From NCBI RefSeq assembly GCF_001194135.2, contig NC_068989.1:56763708-56796973 (forward strand): a stretch of 33,266 nt of DNA, given 5' to 3'. The position numbers and the translations under genes are program-made. Under the pieces are notes generated by a model that was not told the DNA's origin, ran no database searches, and worked only from the letters and a program-made list of their open reading frames with translations. Below, in pieces: positions 10,780 through 22,441 of the stretch (position 1 is its first letter; the number at the start of each line of letters is the position of its first letter). Origin of the DNA: Octopus bimaculoides (Eukaryota).

Positions 10780-11014
10780 TTAAATCATCATAACAAAATG
10801 TTTGAAATTATTGGTTCCTCAAATGGTAAAGTCTTATATACAAGCTTTACCTTCCAAAATAGTGTTGGATAACTGATAAATATTAAATTTTCAAGGGCAC
10901 AAATTTAGTACAGATGAAGTTACCTCTTCAATCACATACCTTCTTGGTATCACAAACGCAAGATTACTGTTTTTTAGTAGTAATGAAAGTCAGTTATGAT
11001 GTCTTAAGTAAATG

Positions 11015-11382
11015 ATGTTGATATTTTTAACAAGGCCTTAGAGCATTGCAGTTGAGATGTTAGGCAAAATATTAGTTGGTGTCAATAAATAAAGACCAAG
11101 ACAAGACATTGTATCACCAATTATAGGTTAATGCTTCTGTTGTATTTCAGGAAAGCTTCCCTTTAACAAGTACATGATTAAAAATAAAACTCTTACTTCT
11201 TGGATTATTTTCTGCCTTATATTTGATAAAGAGAAGCTTTCCTGAAATATAACAAAATCATTAAACAACCTGTATAAGTGATACAATATCTTGTCTCTGC
11301 TTTTCTTTATTGGTGTCCACTTACATATTTTGCCTAATTTTTTAGCTGCATTGCTTTAGTGTTTTCTTAAAAATATCTACAT
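11015..11382. repeat. Long imperfect inverted repeat (fold-back), arms about 155-160 bp
   Basis: 11138-11169 vs 11223-11254 match 29/32; 11099-11117 vs 11278-11296 match 18/19; 11060-11072 vs 11325-11337 match 13/13. Confidence 0.9.
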
Positions 11383-11423
11383 TAATAACACACTGCAATG
11401 CTTCAAACAAATGAGAGTACTGT

Positions 11424-11530
11424 TTGGTCTTAAGCAATGTAAATTTTGTAAGCAAAAGCATCTCTGTAGAATTGTCAACTGCCATTTCCTTAATGAATAC
11501 TGTCATTAATTACATGGAAAGAGAAATGAA
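11424..11530 (+). pseudogene. Possible hAT-family transposase fragment
   Basis: VLSNVNFVSKSISVELSTAISLMNTVINYM resembles the IL..VN.VSK.LQ...DL..A..L helix of hAT/ZMYM1-like transposases. Short and unverified. Confidence 0.3.
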
Positions 11531-11547
11531 AGAGCAGTGTCATCATT

Positions 11548-11604
11548 ACTATCATCATCATCATCATCATCATAATCATCATCATCATCATCATCATCAC
11601 CACC

Positions 11605-11674
<70 letters not shown>

Positions 11675-11687
11675 CCATCATCACCAC

Positions 11688-11719
<32 letters not shown>

Positions 11720-11850
11720 ACAACAACATCATCCCTGGGCTGAATGGTTTGACAAGATCTGATGAGTCCAAGAACTGTATTATGCTCCAATGTTTGCTTT
11801 AGAATGGTTTCTATGGTTAGATGTCTTTCCTAATGCCAACCACTTTATAA
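11548..11850 (-). mobile_element. Expanded (CAT/CAC)n microsatellite tail plus degraded RTE 3' end
   Basis: About 175 bp of (CAT/CAC)n, followed by sequence similar to 900-1035 (TTTCTATGGTTAGATGTCTTTCCTAATGCCAACCACT). Confidence 0.7.
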
Positions 11851-13749
11851 TATGTATTATATCTTTTTTTTGTGTGATAGCATCAGCACAAATGAGATTA
11901 CCAAGCAACTTGCAAGATTACAAACCCCAAGGGAGATAGCTTTATGCTTAGAGATGAGGAGATTAAAGTATGAGAGAAGGGACCAGAGCAAAAAAGGTTT
12001 TTTTGCTGTAGAGAAATTGCATGACTTAACATTATAAAAGAGATGGTGTGGTGGTCTGGATGGAACTGGAAAGAGGTAAAATATAGTGATGATGAGGTAT
12101 CTGGGTGGACCCTAAAGGTATGAGATGAGTAGAAGTGAGTAGGAAGTGTGGGTGGGGTAGACACTGCAGGAGTACATTAGGAAAATGAGGATATGGTTAG
12201 AGATGAGAAATGGATGAGAGGGTGAAAAATAATTATGTACTGTACAGTGGCAGCTTGTAGATAAAATTAGTTGGGGTATTGCTTCAGAAAAATTTTAGCC
12301 ATTGTTTTAATATTGTGTAAAAGGAAATAAACATATTAAAAGAAAATTTACACATAAACTTGGTTGGTTTGCATTTTAGCCACTGCTGGGTAGTGTATTT
12401 AATTTGTTCACTGAACACTGCTGTGAATTCCCAATTGTTTTTCAAAAATTCCCCCTAAATCCCAAAATAAGAGGGTAAATCTGCCCTATTTTTCAAATCC
12501 TGGCAGAAAAACTGTAGCTGGAAGCAGGATAATAATCTAATTCTACACTTTATCACAATCAAGAATATAAAAATGTTTTTAAGCACAACACATGTGGAGT
12601 CAAAAAGAAACACTAACTTTCAGCAGCACACCATGGTTGGCACTGTGTGAACCACAGTGCTCTCTCTCCTTAGTGTGCAGCTTCCTATCTTGGACATGTG
12701 AACATGCACACAACAGCCAAACACTGCATTGCTGGAACTGTGAAACACACAGTTCTACACAAGGATTTTTGTATTTCTTTCATAAACTAGGGGATGGCTA
12801 CTGACATTAAGCTTAAGGATTATATAATGTACAAGTATAAAGAAAGAATTAAAGAAAAAAATGACTCATTATATTAAATGTTATTGATAATAACGAGTGG
12901 AAATTGGGGGTGATGCAGTTCCGCAGTGCCTATACACGAGCCGCTACTGGTATAGCATTAATTAAATATAGAACCCATTTTTAAAAGTAAAAGTAATACT
13001 CTGAACAATAATGATAGTTTGAAAATGAATGACGCAAAAAGTAGATACACATGAACTCACCCAGCCACCCTTACCCTAATTTCACCCCACCCACATTCAG
13101 TTGTTTACTGCAACTATGAACAGCTACAAGTGGCAATGACACATGCTGATTTTTAAGTACATAAAATATATACCTAAAGATAAAGATTAGCATGTTAAAT
13201 TTTGTAAACTAAGATTACATGGGCAAGAAACAAAGGAAAAAAAGATATCATAATAAGTGATCTCTTAACTGAATTAAATATTGCAAAAGAATTATAACCT
13301 GGCACACCTTTGTTTGTCCCTCACTATATCCACCCTTGCATACCTCTGACTTCCATCTCTGTCACTGTGCTTCCCTGACTCTAACCCACTCTTAACATCG
13401 TCTCCCTATTTCTCATCTATCCATGGCTTATATAATACTGTTGCTCTCCACCCTATCCATTATCACCTCCTCCTCCTTGATCCATTCCTATTTACCTTTA
13501 CCCACTCCCCTGACCAACTGAGACTCTCCACCGACCATACCTCCACTAGTATTCATCATTCACTGCATTCACTCCTGCTCCCGTGGCTAACCATTTCTCA
13601 CTTTCCTTTTCAGACTCTTGTGAGCCTACTTATCCACTAATTATTTCCCCCTCTTCAGCTTGGGTAGCTATGTATCTTCTCTACAATAAGACATCTGTTC
13701 TTGTCCCCCTATCATACAAAACTGTCTTCCTCAATACTATACACCCCTA

Positions 13750-13950
13750 CTAAGTCAAGGGGTCTCGACTGGTACCACAAGAAAAGAAAAAAAAAAGCCC
13801 AATGCATTCTGTAAAATGGATGACATTAGAGAGGACATCCAGTGAGGAAACCGTGTCAAAGTAGATTTTGGAGCTCAACACTATCCTTTGATTTGTCAGA
13901 CCCTGTTGAACCATCCGACCCATGCCATGAAATGATGACGACATGGAAAG
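13750..13950 (+). mobile_element. Degraded RTE-type 3' end
   Basis: CTGTTGAACCATCCGACCCATGCCATG..GATGACGAC matches the tail at 18000-18087. Confidence 0.5.
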
Positions 13951-14081
13951 ATTCTATTAAAAGCCATCAGACTGATCAACAGTAATAAATCACAGGATGT
14001 CACACCAAATCCATGGAGTAATTCTTATGAGGCATATAATTATGACCACCACAAAAGAGAGAAGCTCTTGTAAACTAAAAA

Positions 14082-14445
14082 TGTGTGGTAAGAGGCTTGC
14101 TTCCCAACCACCTGACTCCAGGTCCTCTCCCACTGTGTGGCACCTTGGGTAAGTGTCTTCTACTTTAGCCTTGGGCCGACTAAAGTCTTATGAGTGGATT
14201 TGGTAGATGGAAACCGAAAGAAGCTTGTCATATGTGTGTGTGTGTATGTGTGTTTGTTCGTCACCACCATTTGACAACTTGTGCTGGTGTGTTTATGCCT
14301 CCATAACTTGGTGGTTAGTAAAAAGAGACTGATAAAATAAGTACCAGTCTTTAAAAAAAATAAGTACTGCAGTCAATTCAATCAACAAAAGAAAATTCTC
14401 CTCGGTTGTGCCCCAGCATGGCCACAGTCTAATGAATGAAACAAG
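14082..14445 (+). mobile_element. tRNA-derived SINE family B, near full length
   Basis: GTGTGGTAAGAGGCTTGCTTCCCAACCAC head, internal (GT)n, GATAAAATAAGTACCAG core shared with family A, and 3' GTGCCCCAGCATGGCCACAGTC. Confidence 0.85.
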
Positions 14446-14755
14446 CCCATGACAAAAGACAAATTCTTTGGTGACTTTATCAAAAGAATATGATCTTGCA
14501 AAAAAGAAAAGCTAGTTATAAAATCTGTATATCTAAAAATATTTAAAGTTTAGACAAAAATGTTTTAGTAAGTATAAAATATGCTTTTTAGCATGTGTTT
14601 TTATTTAGAATCTTTGATTTATTAGTAGGAAATTATGCCAACAGGAAAAAAACAATGACCATTAGTGCTCTTTGGACTTTGTCTCACTCATCCACTTTCC
14701 ACTTAAGATTTGCTTGTAATAAACATGTGTTACGATCATTATTAGTAATGGAAAT

Positions 14756-15147
14756 AAGGCAGTGAGCTGGCAGAATCGTTAGCACTCTGGACGGAATGCT
14801 TAGCAGTATTTTGCCCTTCGCTACGTTCTGAGTTCAAATTCAGCTGAGGTTGACTTTGCCTTTCATCCTTTCAGGGTCGATAAATTAAGTACAAGTTGAG
14901 TACTGGGGCTGATTTAATCAACTTAACCCTTCCCCACAAAGTTCAGGCCTTGTGCCTAGAGCAGAAAGAATTGTTAGCACATTGGACAAAATGCTCAGCA
15001 ACATTTCATCCACCTTTATGTTCTCAGTTTGACTTTGCCTTTTATCCATTTGGGGTTAATTAAATAAGAACCAGGGGAGTATGGGTCAATGTAATTGACT
15101 AGCCCCCACCCACAAATTTCAGGCCTCATGCCTCTCCAGTAGAAAGG
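14756..15147 (+). mobile_element. Two tandem family-A SINE copies (14756-14970 full; 14971-15147 5'-truncated)
   Basis: AAGGCAGTGAGCTGGCAGAATCGTTAGCAC head, GTTCTGAGTTCAAATTC B-box-like segment, GTCGATAAATTAAGTAC core and CAGGCCTTGTGCCT tail, all repeated. Confidence 0.85.
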
Positions 15148-15162
15148 CTTCTATCTATACTA

Positions 15163-15419
15163 CAGGGTGTTCAAAATGTCTCTCCACAGTAAGCATTTTA
15201 TTGCAAGATAAATATTTATAAGATGATATAAGACTACAAAAGAATATAGTAGACTTTACAAAACTTAAAATTTTTTTAGAAGAGGTGTTGAAAGTGTCCT
15301 TCATTTTCAATACATAAGTTGACTCTTCTAAAAAATGTTGACTCTTCTAAAATAATATTAATTGACTCTTCTAAAAAGAAAAAAAATAATCACTATGGAG
15401 AGACTTTTTGAACACTCTG
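15163..15419. mobile_element. Tc1/mariner-derived MITE (257 bp)
   Basis: 24-bp TIRs (22/24 match) CAGGGTGTTCAAAATGTCTCTCCA, flanked by TA on both sides; internal minus-strand EGHFQHLF* transposase end. Confidence 0.85.
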
Positions 15420-15916
15420 TATAATGGAGAAAGCTGCTTATTAATTAGGTATGTAACAATTACTAAAAGTACTAAAAGAAAGTAATTATTAAAGGGTTGA
15501 TCATCTGGACATATTTTTTAATAAATTCATGTTCTAAGAAATTCCCTATAATTTCAAATTCTCAAGTTCATTGAATTTTTTAACTCCAATTTCTTGCAAA
15601 TTTAAACATTCATTGCATTCACTGCAGAGTATTCTATTTTCATTTGCATTGTCTCTCACTTTGTCTTTTAAGTTTTAATTTGCTATTTGGAGAACGACAG
15701 TTTATTTTATTAATGTAAAAACATTTATTGAATGAAAATTTTTTAAAATACCTGTATAATTTTTGAACGCAGGGTAGCTGTGAGAAGAGCCTAGAAAGTT
15801 GGGTAATTACTACTAGAAGACGAGGAGAAAAAAGTTATTGACAAGTACTCGAAACTTGCACCTTATTCACAGTTTCCAAACATTCTATACCACTAAGCCA
15901 ATATATACACAAACAA

Positions 15917-16155
15917 AAGGTGGTGAGCCGGCAGAAACATTGGCATGCCAGGCGAAATGCTTAGCAGTATTTCATCTGTTTTTATGTTCTGAGTTCAAAT
16001 TCCACCAAAGTCGACATTGCCTTTCATCCTTTCGGGGTCGATAAATTAAGTACCAGTTGCGTACTGAGGCCGATACATCGACTGGCCCCGCCCCACCANN
16101 NNNNNNNNNNNNNNNNNNNNNNNNNNNNGGCCTTGTGCCTAGAGTAGAAAAGAAT
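15917..16155 (+). mobile_element. Family-A SINE spanning a 30-N gap
   Basis: Same head, core and tail as 14756-14970; N run at 16099-16128. Confidence 0.85.
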
Positions 16156-16193
16156 ATATACACAAACAAGTTGCACGAGCGACTTCAACAGTG

Positions 16194-16244
<51 letters not shown>

Positions 16245-16786
16245 AATGAAAGGCAATGAATGTGTGTGTGTGTTTGTGTACTCACTGACAAAACTTTGCG
16301 CTGCATTACTTTTGTGAAGTTTTGTCAGTGAACAGGTCGCGGTTTCAAAGCGACAAAAATATTTTGACACAAACAAATTTGTTGTCTCACAACATCCAGA
16401 AAAATGGATACTTTTTAACAAAATTTTCTACAAATACCTCTTAAATGTTGTGACTTCAGAGTATATAGGGATTTATGGGAAAGAATTTTTCTGAGAGGGT
16501 GGTGAGAGGAGTCTTGGAAAATTCACATGATCTGACTTTTTCCCTCATAACTTTCAGGAAGATGAGTATCTTTTAATCAAAATTTATACAAATCCCTTTC
16601 AAATGGCATAGATTACAATTATAAGGAAATTTGTGGGGAAAATTTTTTCGGGGATTTCCCCCATTGTTTTTAAACCACAGCCTTCTAAATGATAGGATTC
16701 GGCGGGAGGGGGTCATCTTTGTATGAAAAAGTTTAGCAGACTTTTTTTTTTACACCAAAAAATTTAAGGAAAATGTTAAATTTATA

Positions 16787-17175
16787 GGTGCAGGCATGGC
16801 TTTATGGTAAGAAGCTTGCTTCCCAACCACATGGTTCCAGGTTTAGTCCCACTGCATGGCACCATGGTCAAGTGTCTTCTACTATAGCCTTGGGTTGACC
16901 AAAGCCATGTGAGTGGATTTGACAGACGGAAACTGAAAAAAGCCCATCATAAATATCTGTATATAAATTTATGTGTGTGTGTCTTTGTGTCTGTGTTTGT
17001 CCCCACCACTATCATTGGACAACTGATGTTGGTGTGTTTACATCCTCATAATTTAGCACTTCAGCAAATGAGGCTTACGAAGAATAAGTATTGGGGTTGA
17101 ATTTTTTGACTAAAACCTTTTAAGGCAATGTTCCAGTATAGCTACAGTCAAATGACTGAAAAATGTAAAAGAAAG
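16787..17175 (+). mobile_element. tRNA-derived SINE family B, near full length
   Basis: GGTGCAGGCATGGC..GGTAAGAAGCTTGCTTCCCAACCACATGGTTCCAGG, collinear with 14082-14445. Confidence 0.85.
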
Positions 17176-17289
17176 AATATGAAATTCTTTGTATTTACAT
17201 TATTTACAACTTTACATTTATTTTTACTATGCGCATCCCTATTGTTTACATCTAAACATTTGCCAATTACATATGCAAAATAGTAAGAG

Positions 17290-18090
17290 AAAGGAAATAG
17301 AGACTACTGAGGATATGCATAGGCTTGAAAGAAATGAAGCTAGTATGCTCTACTGGATACATAATGTCAGTGTGCTTACTTGACAGAGTGTAAATGCCCT
17401 GAGAGAAAAGTTGGACATAAGAAGCATCAGATGTGATGTGCAAGAGAGATGACTGCACTGGTATGGTCATGTGATGTGTATGGATGAGGACAGTGGAGGG
17501 AACCTGTGGAAGAATTAGACCTAGGAAGACATGGGATAAGGTGGTGAAGCACAACCTATGAATGTTGGGCCTCACAGAGGCAATGACAAGTGGCTGAGAC
17601 CTTTGGAGATATGCCGTGCTTGAGAAGACCCAGCAAGCCAAGTGCGATTCGTGGCCGACGCCAGTGTTGCACAACCGGCCCATTTAAAAGTGCCCTTCAA
17701 TCATTGGCCCATATACGGTGCTTGTGAAAACCTGTTGAACAAGTGATATTATAGTCATGGCTGATGCCAGTGCCACCTGACTGGCACCCATGCTAGTAAT
17801 ATGTAAAAACACTATTCGAGCATGGCCGATGCCTGTGCCACTTGACTGGCACCCATGCAAGTGGCACATAAAAAGCACCATTCGTGCGTGACCAATGCCA
17901 TTGCTGCCTGACTGGCTCCCGTGCCAGTGGCACATAAAAGCACCCACTACACTGTAGAAACCTTGCCAAATCAGATAGGAGCCTGGTGCAGCTTCTCAGC
18001 CTGCCAGTTCTCAGTCAAACTGTCCAATCCATGCCAGCATGGGAAGTGGACGTTAAACAACAACGACAATGATGATGATGATGATGACTG
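17290..18090 (+). mobile_element. 5'-truncated RTE LINE: ORF C-terminus, 3'UTR with about 65-bp tandem repeats (17763-17945), (GAT)n tail
   Basis: RLERNEASML..LREKLDI..LHWYGHVMCM..RPRKTWDKVV (RTE motifs RLRWYGHV and GRPRKTW). Three GATGCC..CTGACTGGCACCCATGC units start at 17763, 17828 and 17894. Confidence 0.9.
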
Positions 18091-20461
18091 TCTGCCAAGT
18101 CAGCCAATTGTGTAGTAGAGCTCTGCTCTTTTATAGGCATAAAAAATGGTCAGCACATTTGATGGTAGCCTCAAGGAAAAGAGTTGTCTCAACATTGAAT
18201 CCTCAATCTTATCAATGGCAAAACACACTGACTAAAAGCTGAAATTGGCATATATCTGAAGAAATTTTATTTGCTGTAAAAATTGGCTTTGAGCTGAGAA
18301 ATCCAAATTGAAAAATCTCCAGTATATGGAGGTGAAGCAAAAGACAAAGCAACCTGAATAGTTAGGCTATCACTATTTTCAGAATTAATCGATGAGACAG
18401 GTGAAGCTACCATTTTTATGAACAAATTAGTTGAAACCATGCAAATGAAAGGGTATGAAAAGATTAAATACTGGCTGTTACAACAAACCTGGGAAGGATA
18501 ACATTCACTCCATAGTCAGTCATTCAAGAGAAGAGACTTTGCCCGGTGTTGAAAGTTGATTTTAACTGCTATTTTGAGCAAATGAAAGATGTCTAACCCT
18601 TTTAATAGTAAAAGCTTCAACAAGTGAGGGTTGCAGTGATAAAAGTCATTAGTAGTAGTGTCTATCTCCTTTAATCTTCACTTGTTGTTGTTGATAGTAC
18701 TGACGAATTGATTTTCATGCTAGTGATGAGCCTGGTCTAATTTTACAACTTTTGCTGGCTTTGAACATCACTGAATGTCACTAGATGATGGACGTCTGGT
18801 CACCACTGTTACTATGGTGAAGGTGAACGTTACTGTTATGATGGTTGCTTGGTTGATGTTTTGTGGAGCTGGTAAATGAAGATATATTTCGTTGGCTGTA
18901 TGAAGAAAACTTACGAAAATTTATTTGAGTTATTTATTGCTGGACATAAAGATATTTGGCATTGGCTATTTACAATTAACAAGATTAATAATTGCTGGCT
19001 GGGAGACAGACAACTGCTCTGAAATTATAAAAAGATATCTGTGTGACAACATGTAATCGTCCCCAAAATATGCAAAGTCAGCTTCACAAATCTCTAGAAC
19101 TGTCAGCATAGCAAGAATAGAGGCACATGTCACTTAGCTGCCTTCAACATTTTGAGATTAAAAATGTCAAAAGTGGTTTTTTTTACAGGGTGCAAGAAGA
19201 ACATTCTATAAAATAACATCCTGCAACAATTTCATGCTGATTGGTTGCTTAATAGACAGATCACATAAAACTGTAATGGTTCTTTCATTGTATCTGACGG
19301 GTTATCTGCAACAACATAATAAAATGATAAAAAAGGCTCCATTAAATCTGGGAGGGGTGCAAACAATTTGAAGGGGCTCCAAAACTTAAAAGAGCCTCAG
19401 CAGTTTCAGAATGGCTCAGTTAAATTTAATGACTTTTTAAATCTAAGAGGTTCCAATAACACAAAAGATCACTCAATAATTTTAAAGGCATTCTGTTGGA
19501 TAAAAAATATTAAGTTAAAAAAATTACTAATTATATATTTTTTAAATTTCTAACTCCTAGCTTTAGGGTTCTTTGAGTTAAAGGGAGCCCCAATGCTGAG
19601 GGTTTTCTTTTACCTCTTTGGGAAGGAGCATATTAACCTAAATGTTAACTTCACCTAATCACTAAAGCTGTAAATAGATGTCATGAGGTAGTGCATTTTA
19701 TTACTTGAAATAGCAAGGACAATATAAGTTTGACAAAGTGTTTTGTTGACTTCAATAAAGTAAATGTATCTAATTGTCTTTTGATGGATCTATCTAATTA
19801 ATAACGTCAGACAATTATTTTTATTAATCTAACTTAGATGAATTAATTAGATATTTATAGATATTTGAAAAAGTCAGTACCATCGTCTAATTCTTTATGG
19901 TTATAAAATCTACAATAAAATTTATTGTAACGTTTCTTGGTAGAAATGTTAAACCTGTTTTGTGTTTAGTTGTTACAGTTCACTGTATAGGAAATAAGAA
20001 CATCGTATAAATTAACTTTTTGCCTAATGTTCAAATTATTTTATAGATTTTGAAGGAGGCAACAGGGAACTATATTAACACACAGCTCTCAAACAGTTTT
20101 GAATCATTTTCATAATCATTCCCGAAGATAGAAGTGTGCTTTGTTCTCATTCGAGCTGCCTTTGATGGTCTTAGTGAAAATGTTCCCTCTGCGCCATAAA
20201 TCTAATATAGAGAAATTCCTATCAAATTCATTGGGAATCAATAAAAATAACAAGATCTAATTGTCGGATATTCTTGATTGAAAACTTAGTAGAAACTTAA
20301 ATCTGAATCAATATTGGTGGAGCTGTTTTATTAATGGGAAGTAACTTAAATTGAAAACAATATTGTAGTTATCTCCCCTTATTAAACATTGATACTGGAA
20401 GAAAATCGTCGTAACAGATCTGCACAATACGTACAAATAATGCAGTAAAGTATGATTGAAA

Positions 20462-20911
20462 TATAATGTATTGATTATGCTTTTCCTAAAGACATTAGAA
20501 GAGTAAGCTGGCACTTAATTTTATCGACCTAGAAAGTTACCTTGGTGGAATTTGAACACAGAACGAAACGAAACCAACCACCATTGCAAAGCTTTTTGTC
20601 CTAAGATCTTACGATTTTACCAATTCGTCGCCTGAGTTCGAATCGCTGCATAGTTGATTTGAGGCCCACTCATCAAAATTGCTAAAGCAGATACCAGTAC
20701 TACATCAGAATTGATTTAATGCACTCTACACCTCTTCTACTATCCATTTGCTTCGTCGAAACATTTCTCGTAATACAAGATATGAGTTTACAGTTAAAAG
20801 GTTTTCGGTGGACTTCAATGAACAAAAGGTAAATTTAGTCGTTCAGTTAAACATTTTTCTGTTCATTTACTCTTCTAATGTCTGTAGGAAAAGCATAATC
20901 AATACATTATA
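20462..20911. repeat. 45-bp inverted repeat (44/45) with 360-bp spacer
   Basis: 20462-20506 TATAATGTATTGATTATGCTTTTCCTAAAGACATTAGAAGAGTAA versus 20867-20911; single mismatch at 20489/20884. Confidence 0.95.
20508..20635 (-). mobile_element. Degraded family-A SINE, 3'-truncated
   Basis: CTGGCACTTAATTTTATCGACC..GGTGGAATTTGAACACAGAACG..CGTCGCCT is the reverse complement of the family-A core and head. Confidence 0.6.
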
Positions 20912-22441
20912 ATTTTGAGAGGCATCCTGCACGAACGAGGACGTGGGAGAACTGTGTCTGCATAAGCGGACGACGTCACCATCATTGTCTCGAACACCAG
21001 GCACACCTGACCGGCATTATTCTAAAAGAATGTGAGGCAGTGACAGGAGAAAAAAAAATTAATCAAGGAAAGTCAGTGGGCCTGTCGCTCAGCATTTTGA
21101 GAGGCAAGTCCACGCTGTCCAATAATGTCGTTGGACGCTGGACCGGTTAAAATTACTTGGGATTTAGTTTAGTCCAGATCTCCAGGTGAAGAAGGACAGG
21201 GACGAGGTAACAAGAAAGGTAACCAATCTCACACTGAAATGGAGCGAGGAAAAAGTAAGTCTGAAAGGTCAGGCAGAAGCAACGAATGCAAATATCACCT
21301 CAGTTATATACTACTGCCTGATTGTCGTGCCCCAATTCACGTCTGTCTCGACTGGAACGCATACCCTTCTGCTTTCTGTGGAATGGACATATCCCATTGG
21401 TCAGTCGCTCCATTTATTGTCGGGGATTGGGCATGCCGTGGCTGCTGATGCAGACATTCGCTGAGGCTACAATATTTCCAGCGCTTTTTTGACGGTGAGC
21501 AAGTGTGGTCAGACTCGCTCTTTCGCATCTTGTTTCATTGATTGAGCTGCAATTCTGGATCATGTATAGACCTAGGCAAGGTGCCTGGCACCTAAAATAT
21601 CGTAAAGTGCTCACAATCCTCTGTCAGTTGGGCAATGCAATCAGTGGTGGTTCCACTTTGGTGGGCAAGTGTGACGACGTTCTCGAAGCAACTCTTAGCC
21701 GTGACGAGTATCAACTAGCTGGTCTGTTTCTTAGGACTTTCGGGCCGGAGCCTATGGATAATTTCCAGAAATCTCTGGTCTGGAAGTGCTACCGGCGAGC
21801 ATTGCCGATTCGAGATAAACTCTACAGGCATGAAAGTGCCGTCAGCCGGGCTTGCGCAAGATGTGCGCAGAGCGACGAAACTTCTCTGCACGCTCTTGTC
21901 AATTTCAGGGCATTGTTGATTCATGGGTTTAAGTCGGACAATGACTGCCACGTGTAGGACGGATCCAGCTATCGGCCGAGTCCATTCTTTGGCTGGAAAG
22001 GGCAGGCAGTGTTTATTTGTCTGGTAACCTTAGGAAAGAGGTTGTAGGATGGAGCAGATTGAAAGGGTTGAAAAAGACGGTGATGGCGGAGAGGGAAGTG
22101 CTGCTTCTCAACAATTTTATTGAAAGGTAGATGAACGTGGCAAGAAAGGTCCGTTCGAACGGGCCTACTCTAAGCATGCGCCCGTAGATTGAAGGAGGAC
22201 CATGTGGAGAGGGCATTTGCCTTAGTGGTCAGGGCAACCGTGGCTTTATAGGGTCTCCATTTAGGAAGTCTCCCTCTTTTGGGGAAGTTTCCGTAGTTAG
22301 AATTTATAGTTATAATTTTTACTGTTTACACGCTACTATTTATGAAACTCCATTTTGTATTGTGCTGTACCGTCCCCAGTATTTTTTGTGAATCTTCAGT
22401 GGTAAATAAAATAAGTATTAGTATTCTTCTTCTAATTATTA
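20912..22441 (+). mobile_element. 5'-truncated Tx1/L1-like LINE (RT C-terminal half, C-terminal Cys/His motif, 3'UTR)
   Basis: SA*ADDVT at 20957-20980 (YADD with Y mutated to TAA); VWKCYRRALPIRDKLYRH..CARC..ETSLH zinc-knuckle-like motif; the 3'UTR ends AATAAA followed by an ATT-rich tail running into the N gap. Confidence 0.9.

Noticed and set aside
11424-11790. Poly-His, poly-Met and poly-Asp ORFs
   Set aside because: These are translations of the (CAT/CAC)n microsatellite tail of an RTE element.
11990-13760. Purine-rich (11990-12230, also 30640-30960) and pyrimidine-rich (13310-13750) tracts
   Set aside because: Probably degraded copies of a dispersed repeat, but I could not align them convincingly or assign a family.
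9315-22441. The two Tx1-like fragments as one LINE split by an 11-kb insertion
   Set aside because: The RT portion between them is missing, the first fragment ends in a fusion to Gypsy, and 5'-truncated copies like the second are normal. Independent copies are simpler.
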